Shown piece after piece: positions 26,999 through 37,100 of a stretch of DNA of 53,057 nt. A program made the translations under genes and the position numbers. The notes beneath the pieces are model-generated. The model was not told the DNA's origin and searched no databases. It was given only the letters and a program-made list of their open reading frames with translations. The DNA is from Chthonomonas calidirosea (GTDB lineage: Bacteria > Armatimonadota > Fimbriimonadia > Fimbriimonadales > Fimbriimonadaceae), in contig CAMAPH010000018.1 of assembly GCA_945859975.1 (NCBI GenBank), forward strand, positions 1 through 53,057, in the 5' to 3' direction. Each line of letters begins with the position of its first letter. The stretch's first letter is position 1.

Positions 26999-28485
26999 TT
27001 GAGGCCGTAGAGTCCGCTGTACTTTTCTTCGACGTAATCAAGCCACGGGTTTGGGTTCAAATAGTCGCCGCAAACTCCGGTCACAAGGTCTCTCGGGGCA
27101 TGTGAGCTTGCCTTGACGTAGATATTCTCGGTAAGCCACGCGAGGATTTGCGAAGTGTCTCCACGCTCCAACTGTTCTTCCCACGCCGGGATTTGCTGAC
27201 GAAGCTTTTCCCAAATCTGGCCGCCGATCAGGTTCCCCATGGCATAAGTGGGGAAGTAGCCGATCGAACCCTTGCTCCAGTGGACGTCTTGTAGGCAGCC
27301 CTGACCGTCGGATTCGATATTCACTCCGACGTACTCCTTCATTTTTGCGTTCCAGGCTTCGGGCATGTCGCGGACTTGGAGCTTGTTGGTGAGGATTTCG
27401 ACTTCGATTTCGAACCGCACGAGAATGTGCATGTTGTAGCTCAGTTCATCTGCTCCGACACGGAGCCAACCCGGCTGGATTGCAGTAAACGCGGCATAAA
27501 ATTGGTCGGGAATCTTCGAGGCTAGCGTCGGGAATTCGGCTTGCAAATATGAGAAGAAGAATCGCCAAAACGGCTTTGATCTTCCGATAATGTTTTCCCA
27601 CATGCGGCTCTGGCTTTCGTGAACGGCAAGTGATGCGCCACCGGCTAGGCTAGTGTCGCTCCAGTCCGGATTGCCGTTCTGCTCGTAGAGGCCGTGGCCG
27701 AGTTCGTGGAGCGAGGATGAGAGAACACCTTTGATATGAGTTCCTGGTCGCGTTGTCATACGAACGTCGTTCATGCTGACGGTAGTGCAGAAAGCGTTTG
27801 CGCAGAGGTCGAGTCGACCTCGGGTGTAGTCGAAGCCTATCTTGGCTCCGATGTTTTGGGCGGCCCGACGTAGGGGTTCGGTCTCCCAACTGCCGTTTAG
27901 CCAGGTCGCATCAATCCTCGCACCATTCACTTTTATGTCTCGGATCAGCTTCGAGACTCGAGGTTTGACTTGATCAAACATTCGGATGACGTCGCTTGTT
28001 TTGGCCCCCTCCTCATAGAGATCGAGCAATGGGTCATACGGGTGCTCGGTGTATCCGAGGGCGGAGGAGGTTTCCTGGGCAATGTCAAACAGGGACATCA
28101 GATACGGACGGAGCGCATCGAAGTCGTTCGACGGCCTGGCGCGCCGCCAGACTTCGTATGATTGACTCGCGATTTCAGCCTTGCGGGTGATGAGCTTTAG
28201 CGGAAGCTTTGAGGCTTGATCGATCTGGCGCTGAATCAGGGCCAATTCGCGTTCGGCTACCGGATCTCCGGCGACATTCGCCCGCGCATCTTCCACTGCT
28301 CTCCTAAGGGACGGATTTAGTAGCCGCTGATGGGCCATGGCGGTTAGACGACCAATATGGATGGATCGGGCTTCGCTTCCCCCGCTAGGCATCAGCACTT
28401 GACGGTCCCAGTTCAGCAGAGACACCGAGGCATGTAATGCCGTTAGGTCTCTGTATTCGGTTCGCACCTTTTGTAACGGGGACAT
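26995..28485 (-). CDS. M32 carboxypeptidase (Taq type)
   Basis: LLNWDRQV, HELGHGLYEQ, HESQSR, GCLQDVHWS, GYFPTY. Confidence 0.95.
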   Translation of the reverse strand: MSPLQKVRTEYRDLTALHASVSLLNWDRQVLMPSGGSEARSIHIGRLTAMAHQRLLNPSLRRAVEDARANVAGDPVAERELALIQRQIDQASKLPLKLITRKAEIASQSYEVWRRARPSNDFDALRPYLMSLFDIAQETSSALGYTEHPYDPLLDLYEEGAKTSDVIRMFDQVKPRVSKLIRDIKVNGARIDATWLNGSWETEPLRRAAQNIGAKIGFDYTRGRLDLCANAFCTTVSMNDVRMTTRPGTHIKGVLSSSLHELGHGLYEQNGNPDWSDTSLAGGASLAVHESQSRMWENIIGRSKPFWRFFFSYLQAEFPTLASKIPDQFYAAFTAIQPGWLRVGADELSYNMHILVRFEIEVEILTNKLQVRDMPEAWNAKMKEYVGVNIESDGQGCLQDVHWSKGSIGYFPTYAMGNLIGGQIWEKLRQQIPAWEEQLERGDTSQILAWLTENIYVKASSHAPRDLVTGVCGDYLNPNPWLDYVEEKYSGLYGLN

Positions 28486-28492
28486 CACCCGA

Positions 28493-29083
28493 TTATAACT
28501 GGCATCTAGAGAGCAGATTCGCCTTCACTGATGGCCATTCTAGTTTGGTCACGGAATACATCACACTATTTCTGATTGTCCCGTCCAGCTGGATTCCGTG
28601 CTGACGAAGTACCCCTTCTTTTACGGCTCCAAGTTTTTCGATCGCTCGCTGGCTGTGGAGGTTTCGTTCGTCGCACTTGAGCTGTACGCGAATTGCCCCG
28701 AGTTCTTCCATGGCGTGGGTGATGAGGAGCAGCTTCGCGGCGGGGTTCACTTTCGTGCCACGGAACTGAGGGCCGTACCAGGTCCATCCAATTTCCAGGC
28801 CGAGATGCGCGGCTCGGATGTCCATGAAGCAGGTCATTCCTGCGACACTGCCGGAGAGCTTGTCCACGACCGTATAGGGTTGGACATTTGGCGTGGCACT
28901 GAGGCGGTTAATGAAGTCCGTAAGGCCCGGCTTGTCGATCGTTCGCGGAAGGTCTCGGACGAAGAACTTAAAGGTGTCGACGGAGCAGATCGCCGCAAGC
29001 TCTTCCGCATGAACTGGATCAGCCGGAATCAACCGAACCCAATCGTTCTCTAGCTCAGTGTGTTGATTCCAGTCTCCAGACAT
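28493..29083 (-). CDS. GNAT N-acetyltransferase (RimJ/RimL-like)
   Basis: LEIGWTWY...RGTKVN, DERNLHSQRAIEKLGAVKEGVLR; start at ATG 29083. Confidence 0.9.
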   Translation of the reverse strand: MSGDWNQHTELENDWVRLIPADPVHAEELAAICSVDTFKFFVRDLPRTIDKPGLTDFINRLSATPNVQPYTVVDKLSGSVAGMTCFMDIRAAHLGLEIGWTWYGPQFRGTKVNPAAKLLLITHAMEELGAIRVQLKCDERNLHSQRAIEKLGAVKEGVLRQHGIQLDGTIRNSVMYSVTKLEWPSVKANLLSRCQL

Positions 29084-29115
29084 AAAAAAGCCTCTCTGCC
29101 GTGCGGCAGAGAGGC
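29084..29115 (-). terminator. Intrinsic terminator after rpsD
   Basis: Minus strand GCCTCTCTGCC-GCAC-GGCAGAGAGGC-TTTTTT. Confidence 0.85.
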
Positions 29116-29138
29116 AATTGTGTACCTGATTCGAAGAA

Positions 29139-29747
29139 TTAACGTGCGTAGTATTCGACGACTTGCTGTTCTTGGAAGAACTTAGGGAAGTCTTCGCGTT
29201 CTGGCAAGGAGATGATCTTGCCGGAGAAGTTGATGACGTCGGCTTCCATGTACGCAGGAACCGGAGCACCTTCGAAGTGGTTCGCTCGGGCAATGCTTCG
29301 GCTCTGCTCTCGATCGCGAACTGCGACCACGTCGCCGACCTGCAGCGAGTAGGAAGCGATGTTCACGTTTCGGCCGTTAACCGTGATGTGACCGTGGCTG
29401 ACTAGCTGTCGGGCCTGGAAGATAGTCTTCGCATAGCCGAGCTTGTAAACCGCCGTTGCGAGTCGAAGTTCGAGCAGGCGAAGGAAGTTCAGGCTGGTGT
29501 TGCCGCTCATTCGCTGCGCCTTGTGGAAGGTGTTTGCGAACTGCTTCTCCAAAACATTGTAATAGCGGCGGATGACCTGCTTGGCCAAGAGCTGCTCGCC
29601 ATACTCAGATTGTCGCCGATCCTTCAGGTTCGGGCCGTGTTGCCCTGCCGGATACGGTCGCTTGCTTGCCGGGCTCTTGGGTCGACCCCAAATATCAAAG
29701 CCAACGGTTCGGCATATATCAGTTTTTCGTCCTCGGTACGTTGCCAT
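29139..29747 (-). CDS. rpsD: 30S ribosomal protein S4
   Basis: GQHG, SEYGEQLLAKQ, LLELRL, QARQLVSHGHITVNG, VVEYYAR. Confidence 0.97.
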   Translation of the reverse strand: MATYRGRKTDICRTVGFDIWGRPKSPASKRPYPAGQHGPNLKDRRQSEYGEQLLAKQVIRRYYNVLEKQFANTFHKAQRMSGNTSLNFLRLLELRLATAVYKLGYAKTIFQARQLVSHGHITVNGRNVNIASYSLQVGDVVAVRDREQSRSIARANHFEGAPVPAYMEADVINFSGKIISLPEREDFPKFFQEQQVVEYYAR

Positions 29748-29752
29748 GTGAA

Positions 29753-29819
29753 CTGGTATTCGATGAGTCGGATAGACTCACGAACCAGAGATAGTACCCC
29801 GTAGCGCCAGATATTTCAA
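29753..29819 (-). promoter_or_regulatory. Sigma-70 promoter and hairpin 5' leader of rpsD
   Basis: TTGAAA (29819-29814)-N17-TACTAT (29796-29791), then UUCG-UGAGUC-UAUCC-GACUCA-U-CGAA hairpin before the ATG. Confidence 0.6.
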
Positions 29820-29827
29820 CAAATCTC

Positions 29828-30883
29828 ATGATCCTTTTCGCATTAACGCTTGCAACCACCATGATTGCCCCCAGTCCGCAGTTCGTCGCGCTGTTTCCCC
29901 GCGCTCAATTTCCCGAGTCGGGGCAGTCTTTGGTCATCAATTCGACGGATATTCGGCCCACGGCACCATTTCGTGAGGTCATTCCATCTTGGAATGTAAA
30001 GAATCCGGAGCGCGCTCAGGTTCTGGTTGAGATTCGCGCGAGTATTGCCGGGAAGCCATCGAAGTGGTATCGACTCGCGGACTGGGCGCTGTCGCCTGCC
30101 GGGACACGTCAATCGACCAATGGTCAGGAGGACGGTTCAGGCGACGTTGAGACGGACACCCTGTCGCTAAAATCAGCGGCGGAGGCTGTCGATGTTCGAG
30201 TCACGCTCTCGACCCTACCTGGGGAAGGGCCATTGCCAGAGCTGGAAATGGTTGGATTGTCTTTTGCCGGGAAAGAGAAGGAGTCAAATGACACCGCGAC
30301 ACGATCTGAAGCTTGGGGCAAGGTAGTTGAGGTCCCGAAGCGTGCCCAGGGCAACTACCCCCGGGGGAACGTGCTTTGCAGTCCGACCTCGATGTCCATG
30401 ATGCTGTGGCACTACAGTGAGGAGATTGATGCTCCGGAAATGAACCAAGACGTTCCGGAAGTTGAAGCCAGAGTCTGGGACCCAGTCTATAAGGGTGCCG
30501 GTAACTGGTCTTTCAATACCGCATACGCTGGCTCTTTCCCGAAAATGAGGTCGTATGTTTCCAGATTCGGTTCGATCGCAGATTTGGAGCGATGGATTAT
30601 TGCGGATTTGCCCGTTGTTTGCTCCGTCAGCTTTGATCTAATTCGGGGCCTTCCGCTGTCGCCAACCGAAAGTGGGCACCTCGTAGTTTTAGTAGGTTTC
30701 ACACCAGAAGGCGACCCCGTCTTCAACGATCCAGCCCGAAAAGATCAAGTTCGATTCGTTTACAAGCGGGCGGACTTCGAGAAAGCTTGGCTCTATTCGA
30801 AGCGCACGGTGTACGTTGTGCACCCAATCGGCGCAAAAGTTCCAAAACCGTCGAACGGTCTTTGGCTGGCTTCGGGCAGTTAA
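29828..30883 (+). CDS. Exported C39-like cysteine peptidase (Peptidase_C39_2 type)
   Basis: Signal-like N-terminus; Q...LCSPTS (Cys), GNWSFNTAYAG, GHLVVLVGF (His), NDPA (Asp). Confidence 0.85.
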   Translation: MILFALTLATTMIAPSPQFVALFPRAQFPESGQSLVINSTDIRPTAPFREVIPSWNVKNPERAQVLVEIRASIAGKPSKWYRLADWALSPAGTRQSTNGQEDGSGDVETDTLSLKSAAEAVDVRVTLSTLPGEGPLPELEMVGLSFAGKEKESNDTATRSEAWGKVVEVPKRAQGNYPRGNVLCSPTSMSMMLWHYSEEIDAPEMNQDVPEVEARVWDPVYKGAGNWSFNTAYAGSFPKMRSYVSRFGSIADLERWIIADLPVVCSVSFDLIRGLPLSPTESGHLVVLVGFTPEGDPVFNDPARKDQVRFVYKRADFEKAWLYSKRTVYVVHPIGAKVPKPSNGLWLASGS

Positions 30884-30944
30884 GTCAATAGACCTACCAC
30901 ACTAAACAAGGATCACCAAGACGGTGATACTTCGGGGGACTTTC

Positions 30945-32588
30945 ATGAAGAAGGGTTTGGTTGGAACTGGGATTGCCGTAATTGTTATTTGCGGTGGTGG
31001 GGCGTTTGCTTGGCAGGGATGGCAGGCACAGATGGCAGCGGCGAGCAAGACGGTTGTTCAGACCGCGACCGTGACTAAGGGGAACGTCAAGGTCGTCGTC
31101 ATTGAGAACGGCACGATTGACTCCGTTCAATCGGTCGAAGTGAAGAGCCGAGTGACGGGCCGATTGGCAAAGCTGATGGTCGACGAGGGTGACCGCGTTG
31201 AAAAGGGTCAGTTGATTGCCATCATCGACCCGCAAGAAACCGAATTTCGAGTTCGCCAGGATGCGGCGCAGCTGCGTGGAGCAGTGAGCGCCGCAGCGCG
31301 AACAGCGCTCGAGATTGAACAACGACGCGAATCCTCCCGAGCGACCCTTGCTCAGGCCATCAGCCGAGTGAAGTCCCTCGAGATGGAAGTCAAGTCTCAG
31401 CCGATTTTGACGAAGGCAGCCATCGATGAAGCGCAAACCACTCTCGATGTTGCCCTAGAGGAAAAGACCCGTCTTGTCCGCAGCGTTCACCCAACCGAAA
31501 AGTCTCAGGCCGAGGCTCAGGTTCGAGAAGCCGAAGCGAACGTTCAGAACGCCCAGACCGAAGTTAATCGCCAGGAAGAGTTGTTGAAGAGCGGTTATGT
31601 TGCCATCCGTAGCGTCGAAACGGCACGGCTGAATGTTGAACTTGCGAACAGCAGACTCGAAAACGCAAAGGTCAACCTTTCGCGAACCCCGGCCCGCCAT
31701 GCGGTCGAGCTTCGAAAGGCAGACGAACAGATTGCAAGCGCACGAGCAACTCTCAGCCGCGCAAAGGCGAATGCTGTTCAGAACCCGATGAAGGAGCAAG
31801 ATCTGGCTTCCGCCCGTGCCGAGGTACAGAAGGCTCGGACGGCGCTCCGCGATGCGGAAGTTTTGGCAAAGACCCGCGAGCAGAACTTGGCTTCGGTGGA
31901 TCAGCTTCAGAGCATCTTGGATGACTCCCGCCGAAACCTCGGAGAAACGGAAATCCGCGCTCCGATTGCCGGAATCGTGGTGAAGAAGGGAATTCAAGTC
32001 GGCGAACTGGCCACCGGGCTAAGCACATTTGGCAGCGGTTCTACGATCGTTAAGATCGAGGATCGTGGCTCCATGCGAGTTAAGCTGAACATGAACGAGA
32101 TTGACGTCGCGAAGCTCACGCTTGGGATGAAGGCGACAGTCGACGTGGACGCGCTACCTGCCGACCAATACACCGGGAAAGTGAACAAGATTGCGCCGGC
32201 CAGCACCGATTCGGCTGCCGGAGCCGCCGCCACGGATGCCGTTGTTCGGTATCAGGTTGAAATCATAATTGACAATCCAAACGAGCGACTCCGCTCTGGA
32301 ATGTCGGCCAAGTGCTCCCTCGCCGTAATTGACCGCCAAGGCGTGCTGACCCTGCCGGTGGATTACGTGAAGAAAGAAGGCCGAAAGGCGTTTGCGTTCT
32401 TCCCACCCGACAATCCGAAGGATCCGAAGGCTAAGGCGAAGCAAGTTTCGATCACCATCGGCGCCCAATCGGGCTCCGTCCTAGAAATCACCTCCGGACT
32501 TAAAGATGGCGACAAGGTTGTGAAACCAGACTACGATGGACCTGACCGAAAGAGCTTTATCAACTTTGGCGGCGGAGACGACGAGTAA
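30945..32588 (+). CDS. Efflux membrane-fusion (HlyD/MacA-type) adaptor protein
   Basis: VEVKSRVTGRL...VDEGDRVEKGQLI lipoyl half, long coiled coil, EIRAPIAGIV, LRSGMSA. Confidence 0.93.
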   Translation: MKKGLVGTGIAVIVICGGGAFAWQGWQAQMAAASKTVVQTATVTKGNVKVVVIENGTIDSVQSVEVKSRVTGRLAKLMVDEGDRVEKGQLIAIIDPQETEFRVRQDAAQLRGAVSAAARTALEIEQRRESSRATLAQAISRVKSLEMEVKSQPILTKAAIDEAQTTLDVALEEKTRLVRSVHPTEKSQAEAQVREAEANVQNAQTEVNRQEELLKSGYVAIRSVETARLNVELANSRLENAKVNLSRTPARHAVELRKADEQIASARATLSRAKANAVQNPMKEQDLASARAEVQKARTALRDAEVLAKTREQNLASVDQLQSILDDSRRNLGETEIRAPIAGIVVKKGIQVGELATGLSTFGSGSTIVKIEDRGSMRVKLNMNEIDVAKLTLGMKATVDVDALPADQYTGKVNKIAPASTDSAAGAAATDAVVRYQVEIIIDNPNERLRSGMSAKCSLAVIDRQGVLTLPVDYVKKEGRKAFAFFPPDNPKDPKAKAKQVSITIGAQSGSVLEITSGLKDGDKVVKPDYDGPDRKSFINFGGGDDE

Positions 32589-32591
32589 TTC

Positions 32592-33818
32592 ATGGGTGTC
32601 TTTCAAAGTTTCGTAACTGCACTCGAAATGCTCCGTATGCACAAGCTGCGGGCATTTCTCACCATGCTCGGCGTCATCATTGGCGTTATGGCGGTGACGA
32701 TCATCGTCATGGTCTCCAGCGGTTTCCAGTTCTACATGACGAACGAGTTTAAGAAACTCGGCTCCGACACGATCCTGATCACGTACGACTCATGGGGTGG
32801 CCGCGGTCAACGACAAGCCTCGATTGATGGCCTGACCGTGGATGATGCGGCTTATCTAGCGAACCAGGTCAGCAGCATCGACATCATCGCTCCGCTGGTT
32901 CAGGGGCCGGCGGAAAAGGTTGTTCGCAACGATAAGGAGGTCAAGAAGACCCGAATTTTTGCGAGCAACGGAAACTTTGCCGAACTCAACCGAGTGAAGA
33001 TGACCGCGGGTCGCGGTCTCACGGAAGAGGACATTCGCAATCGCGCGAACGTTTGCGTGGCTGGAGACGAGGTCGTCAAGGTTCTGTTCCCGAACGAAGA
33101 TCCGCTTGGCAAACTGATCTCCTTCAAAGGCATTTCGCTTGAGGTGATTGGCGTGTTTGAACGGGTGGACATGATGGGCGAAACGAACGCTCGTGACATC
33201 CTGCTGCCCATCACAACTGCCCAAGACAAGTGGCTCGGTGGCGACAAGCTGATGATGATCACCACTCGGCCGAAAGCCGGGGTTAAGGTCGATCAAGCGC
33301 TGGACGACGTTTGGCGCGCACTGATGCTCAAGTCAGGGAACAAGCGCATTTATCGTGTGGACTCGCGAGAGTCGATCATGAACGTGTTCGGCAACATCTT
33401 TAATGTCGCCGGCATCGTTCTGTCGGCGATTGCTGCCCTGTCCTTGCTCGTTGGTGGAATCGGCATCATGAACATCATGCTGGTGTCGGTTACCGAGCGG
33501 ACCAAGGAAATCGGGCTCCGCAAGGCGGTTGGCGCGCGGCGGCAGTCGATCCTGATTCAGTTCATGGTCGAGTCTGCAACGCTTTCGCTTGTTGGCGGTC
33601 TTATCGGCATGGCGATTGCCTTTGGTCTTGGCAAGCTGGTTACGCTTGGTACGGCAGCGATCAACTGGCCAAGTAAGGGTGGCTTGCCGACGACCTTCCC
33701 GGTCGTCGCGGCGATTGGCGCGGCAGTCTTTTCCGCTCTGATCGGCATCGTCTTTGGCCTGTATCCGGCCATTTCTGCATCACGGCTTGATCCGATCGTT
33801 GCACTCCGCCGGGAATAA
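32592..33818 (+). CDS. MacB-like ABC permease
   Basis: KLRAFLTMLGVIIGV, large extracytoplasmic domain, GGIGIMNIMLVSVTERTKEIGLRKAVGA, YPA..ASRLDPIVALR. Confidence 0.95.
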   Translation: MGVFQSFVTALEMLRMHKLRAFLTMLGVIIGVMAVTIIVMVSSGFQFYMTNEFKKLGSDTILITYDSWGGRGQRQASIDGLTVDDAAYLANQVSSIDIIAPLVQGPAEKVVRNDKEVKKTRIFASNGNFAELNRVKMTAGRGLTEEDIRNRANVCVAGDEVVKVLFPNEDPLGKLISFKGISLEVIGVFERVDMMGETNARDILLPITTAQDKWLGGDKLMMITTRPKAGVKVDQALDDVWRALMLKSGNKRIYRVDSRESIMNVFGNIFNVAGIVLSAIAALSLLVGGIGIMNIMLVSVTERTKEIGLRKAVGARRQSILIQFMVESATLSLVGGLIGMAIAFGLGKLVTLGTAAINWPSKGGLPTTFPVVAAIGAAVFSALIGIVFGLYPAISASRLDPIVALRRE

Positions 33819-33834
33819 CGAACCAGAGAGCTTT

Positions 33835-33870
33835 AGCCCTCGTGCTCAATTCGAGTACGAGGGCTTTTTT
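33835..33870 (+). terminator. Intrinsic terminator after the MacB-like permease
   Basis: AGCCCTCGTGCTC-AATTC-GAGTACGAGGGCT-TTTTT. Confidence 0.85.
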
Positions 33871-33887
33871 GTGCCTAGAATCCCCGT

Positions 33888-34047
33888 GGCCTCAGGCAAA
33901 GTATGTCGATTGGCTCGATACCGGTGATCGCACACTGCTGTGGATATCGGTTCCGGGATACATTACCGTCACGCTTATTCAGGGTGCGGCGGATGTCCAC
34001 GCATCGCACGGTTGAGATGCTGAACGGCCGCCGTGCTGCAGGTGCTC
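33888..34047 (+). ncRNA. Candidate rod-shaped ncRNA, 6S RNA-like
   Basis: TAGAAT at 33876-33881. End-to-end pairing: GCCU/AGGU, GUCG/CGGC, CUCG/UGAG, ACCG/CGGU, GUGAU/AUCGC, UGUGGAUAUC/GAUGUCCACG, plus an apical hairpin. G-U pairs favour the + strand; strong hairpin follows. Confidence 0.5.
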
Positions 34048-34052
34048 AAAGA

Positions 34053-34124
34053 AAATGCCCTGCATCCATAGCTGGATGCAGGGCATTTAGGAAAGTCGTT
34101 AGGCACCGCGAGCGGTGCCTAACG
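34053..34124. terminator. Two tandem strong hairpins (probable terminators between convergent units)
   Basis: AAATGCCCTGCATCCA/TGGATGCAGGGCATTT (34053-34088) and CGTTAGGCACCGC/GCGGTGCCTAACG (34097-34124). Confidence 0.7.
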
Positions 34125-34131
34125 GTTGCGA

Positions 34132-37100
34132 TCAAGGATTGATCGTGAGGGTCGCCGTTCGCTTACCGTAACTCGAGTTCGAGGCGGTTAGGGTGACAAC
34201 CTTGCTTGAGGTGACGGCAAAGTGCGTCACCGTAGCCGTGCCGAACGTGCTTCCACCCGGGATCAAGATCGAGGCTGGCATCGAAGCTGCCGAACCAAGC
34301 GAGGAGTACAGGTAGACCCGAAGTCCACCGGCGGGGGCAGGACCAGAGAGGTTAACCTGTAGCGAGACCACAGTACCACTGCCGCCCTTGACGGTTGACG
34401 GACTGACGATTGCCGACGAGATCTGCGGAGCAACGACGCGGCCGTAGCCTCGCTTCTCTTGGAATCCGGCGGTCACCTTGATTCCGAAATCTCTCGACGA
34501 CGTAACTGCCGAGTGGGTTATCGGGAAGTTGACCGTACTCGCCCCTGCAGGGAAAGTAACCGTTGCCGGAACCGTGATTGCCGAGTCGCTGCTTGCTAGC
34601 GCGACCGTCAATCCTCCAGGGCCTGCGGGAACGATCAGGTCGATCTTGCCCGTCACCACCGTAGCCAGCACTCCTCCGGTGAAGGAGAACGGCGTGATGG
34701 TTAGGGCAGTGGGTAATGGAACTTCAATGTTAAAGTTCTTTTGCTTTGCTACTCCGTTATAGGTCGCCTTGACCCACGCTGGCGAGCGAGTCGAGCGCGT
34801 TGCCGTGGTGACGGTAACAGCGCGGTTGGTTTGGCCAGCCGGGATGGTGACGGTCGCGGGAACGGTCAAGACCGCGGCATTGCTCGTCGTGAGGTTCACA
34901 ACGATGCCGCCCGCCGGTGCAGGACCATTGAGGTAGACGCGGGCAGCGGTGCCGGAGCGGCCGCCAATTGGCGTCGTTGGTGTGACTTCAACTCGGTCCA
35001 GACCGATCGGTCCAATGCCGACCACGAGGGTTTGCGATAGGCCGTCCGAGGTTGACGCGGTAAGCGTCACGCTTGCCGCCGATGCGGATCCACCGGCAAT
35101 TGCGGTGAATCCAGCTGTCGTACCGCGAGCAGGGACGGTTATGGAGCTTGGGACCGGAAGGATCGCTGGGTTTGAAGACGACAGGTTAACGACTCGTCCA
35201 GCGGCACCCGCTGGCAAGTCGAAGGTGACGTTGAAGGTTCCGGTCTCGCCAGAGAGCAGGTTTGCTGGTCCAGTGAATCCAGTCAGGCTGACCGGTCCAT
35301 AGATCCAGAGACCACGGCCGTGAGTTGCTGCGAGGACCTTTGTGGAGTTGTGCAGGTACACGACTTCGTCAACTGCGACGTTCAGCGGGCCGTCCGCAGG
35401 TGCGGTCCAACTCGTACCGCCGTTCAGGCTTCGGATGATGCCGACCTCGGTGCCTGCCCAGATTTCGTTCGAGTTGGTTGGATTGACACAAATTCCGTGG
35501 ACGGGCGCGCTTGGTAAGCCAGCCAGAGCCGTCCAGGTGGTGCCGCCATTTACGGATTTGTAAATGTTGCCAGCGGAGAAGCCGCCGAGCGCGACGTAAA
35601 CGATGTTGTTGTTCGAAGGATCAACCGCGATCCGGTGAATGTATCGGCTTGGGAACGGATTCGTTCCAGTATTGTCGTCAATCGCGGTGAACGTTGGGGA
35701 CACGGCTTGACCGTTCGTCGACTTGTAAACGCGGCCATCATTACCACCAACATAGATGAGGTTCGAGTTGCCTTTCGCGATGGTGATCGCAGAAATCGTA
35801 CTGCCAAAGTTGAAGATGCTTGACCACGTTGGCGTGGCAGCCTTGGCATTCGTGGATCGTGAAAGGTTAGACGCACCACCGTATAGGTAGTTGTCGTCGT
35901 TCGGGTCGAGCGCAAGCGGGGCGATGAAGTTGGCACCGGAACGGTTTAGTCCGGAGGTGATGTAGTTGGCAGAATTTCCTCCGTTCGTGGAGCGGAAGAT
36001 CTGAAGGTTGATGTACTCACCGTACAGATAGTTGCTATCGACGTGACTGACGGCGCTGAAGCCGCCATCGCCACCGAAAACGAACGGATTAGTTGAAACC
36101 GTAGAGCCCAAATCGATTCGAATCGAGCCGTTGTCTTGTGAGCCTCCGAAGAGAACTCCAGTCGTGCCGTTCCCGGCAGCGCCGTAGAACTGCATCGTGC
36201 TCGCGTTTCGCGTCAGTCGGGTCCAGCCGGTCGCATCGGTGACGGTTCGGATGTTGTCCGCACGGTGGATTCCACCGTCGGTGCAAACGAAGAACTGCAG
36301 GTTGGTGGTGCCATTGTAGCCCGGGTGAGCAACGCCTAGATGCATGTCCGGGTGTGGGTTTTCCGTCTGAAGGTAGCCGTAGCCGATGTTGCTAAATGTA
36401 GCGCCGCCATTGAAGCTTCGGTTGATGTTCAAACCGGTTGCAATGATCAAGTTGGCGTCGAACGGGTCAACCCAGATCGAGTTGTAGTACCAGCTTGCAT
36501 TGGTCGTTCCGCTGGTTGTCGCCAACGTAAATGTCGCGCCGGAATCGGTCGACTTGTAGACTTTGCCGCCGTTAAAGCCGGTGTGGGCATAAACGATCGT
36601 CGGATTGCTCGGGGCATAAGCAATCTCGATACGACTGTCAAACCCTGTGAAGTCGAGCCCGGTGCATGCTGACCAGGTAGCGCCCGCATCCGTCGTTCGG
36701 AAGGCCTTCGTGAACCAACCACGACCAGAAAAGTCGTAATCAAGTACGGTCGCGATGGCTTGATTTCCGTCTGTTGGATGGAAAGTGGCTCCGTATCCCA
36801 TTTGTGCTGGAATCGGGTTTGTCCAACTGGTACCGCCGTTGGTGGTTCGCCGAATACCTCCGCCCTGAGTCCCAACCAGCATCGTTGTTACGCTTGTAGG
36901 GGAAATCGCGACCTTGTTGATGTTTCCAAAGCCAGCGGTGCTTGCGAAAACGGTCCAGGTATTTCCACCATCGGTACTCTTATACAAGCCGTTACCGCTC
37001 TTGGCATCGCTGTTAAAGTAGCCCTCACCCGTAGCGGCGAACATCGTGTTAGGATTGCCCGGCTCGAAGGCCATGTGGGTGATGTTTAGGTTCGGTAGCT

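Noticed and set aside
33903..34142. 79-aa ORF in the intergenic region
   Set aside because: Runs through two strong hairpins, has no RBS and is not protein-like; an RNA structure explains the region better.
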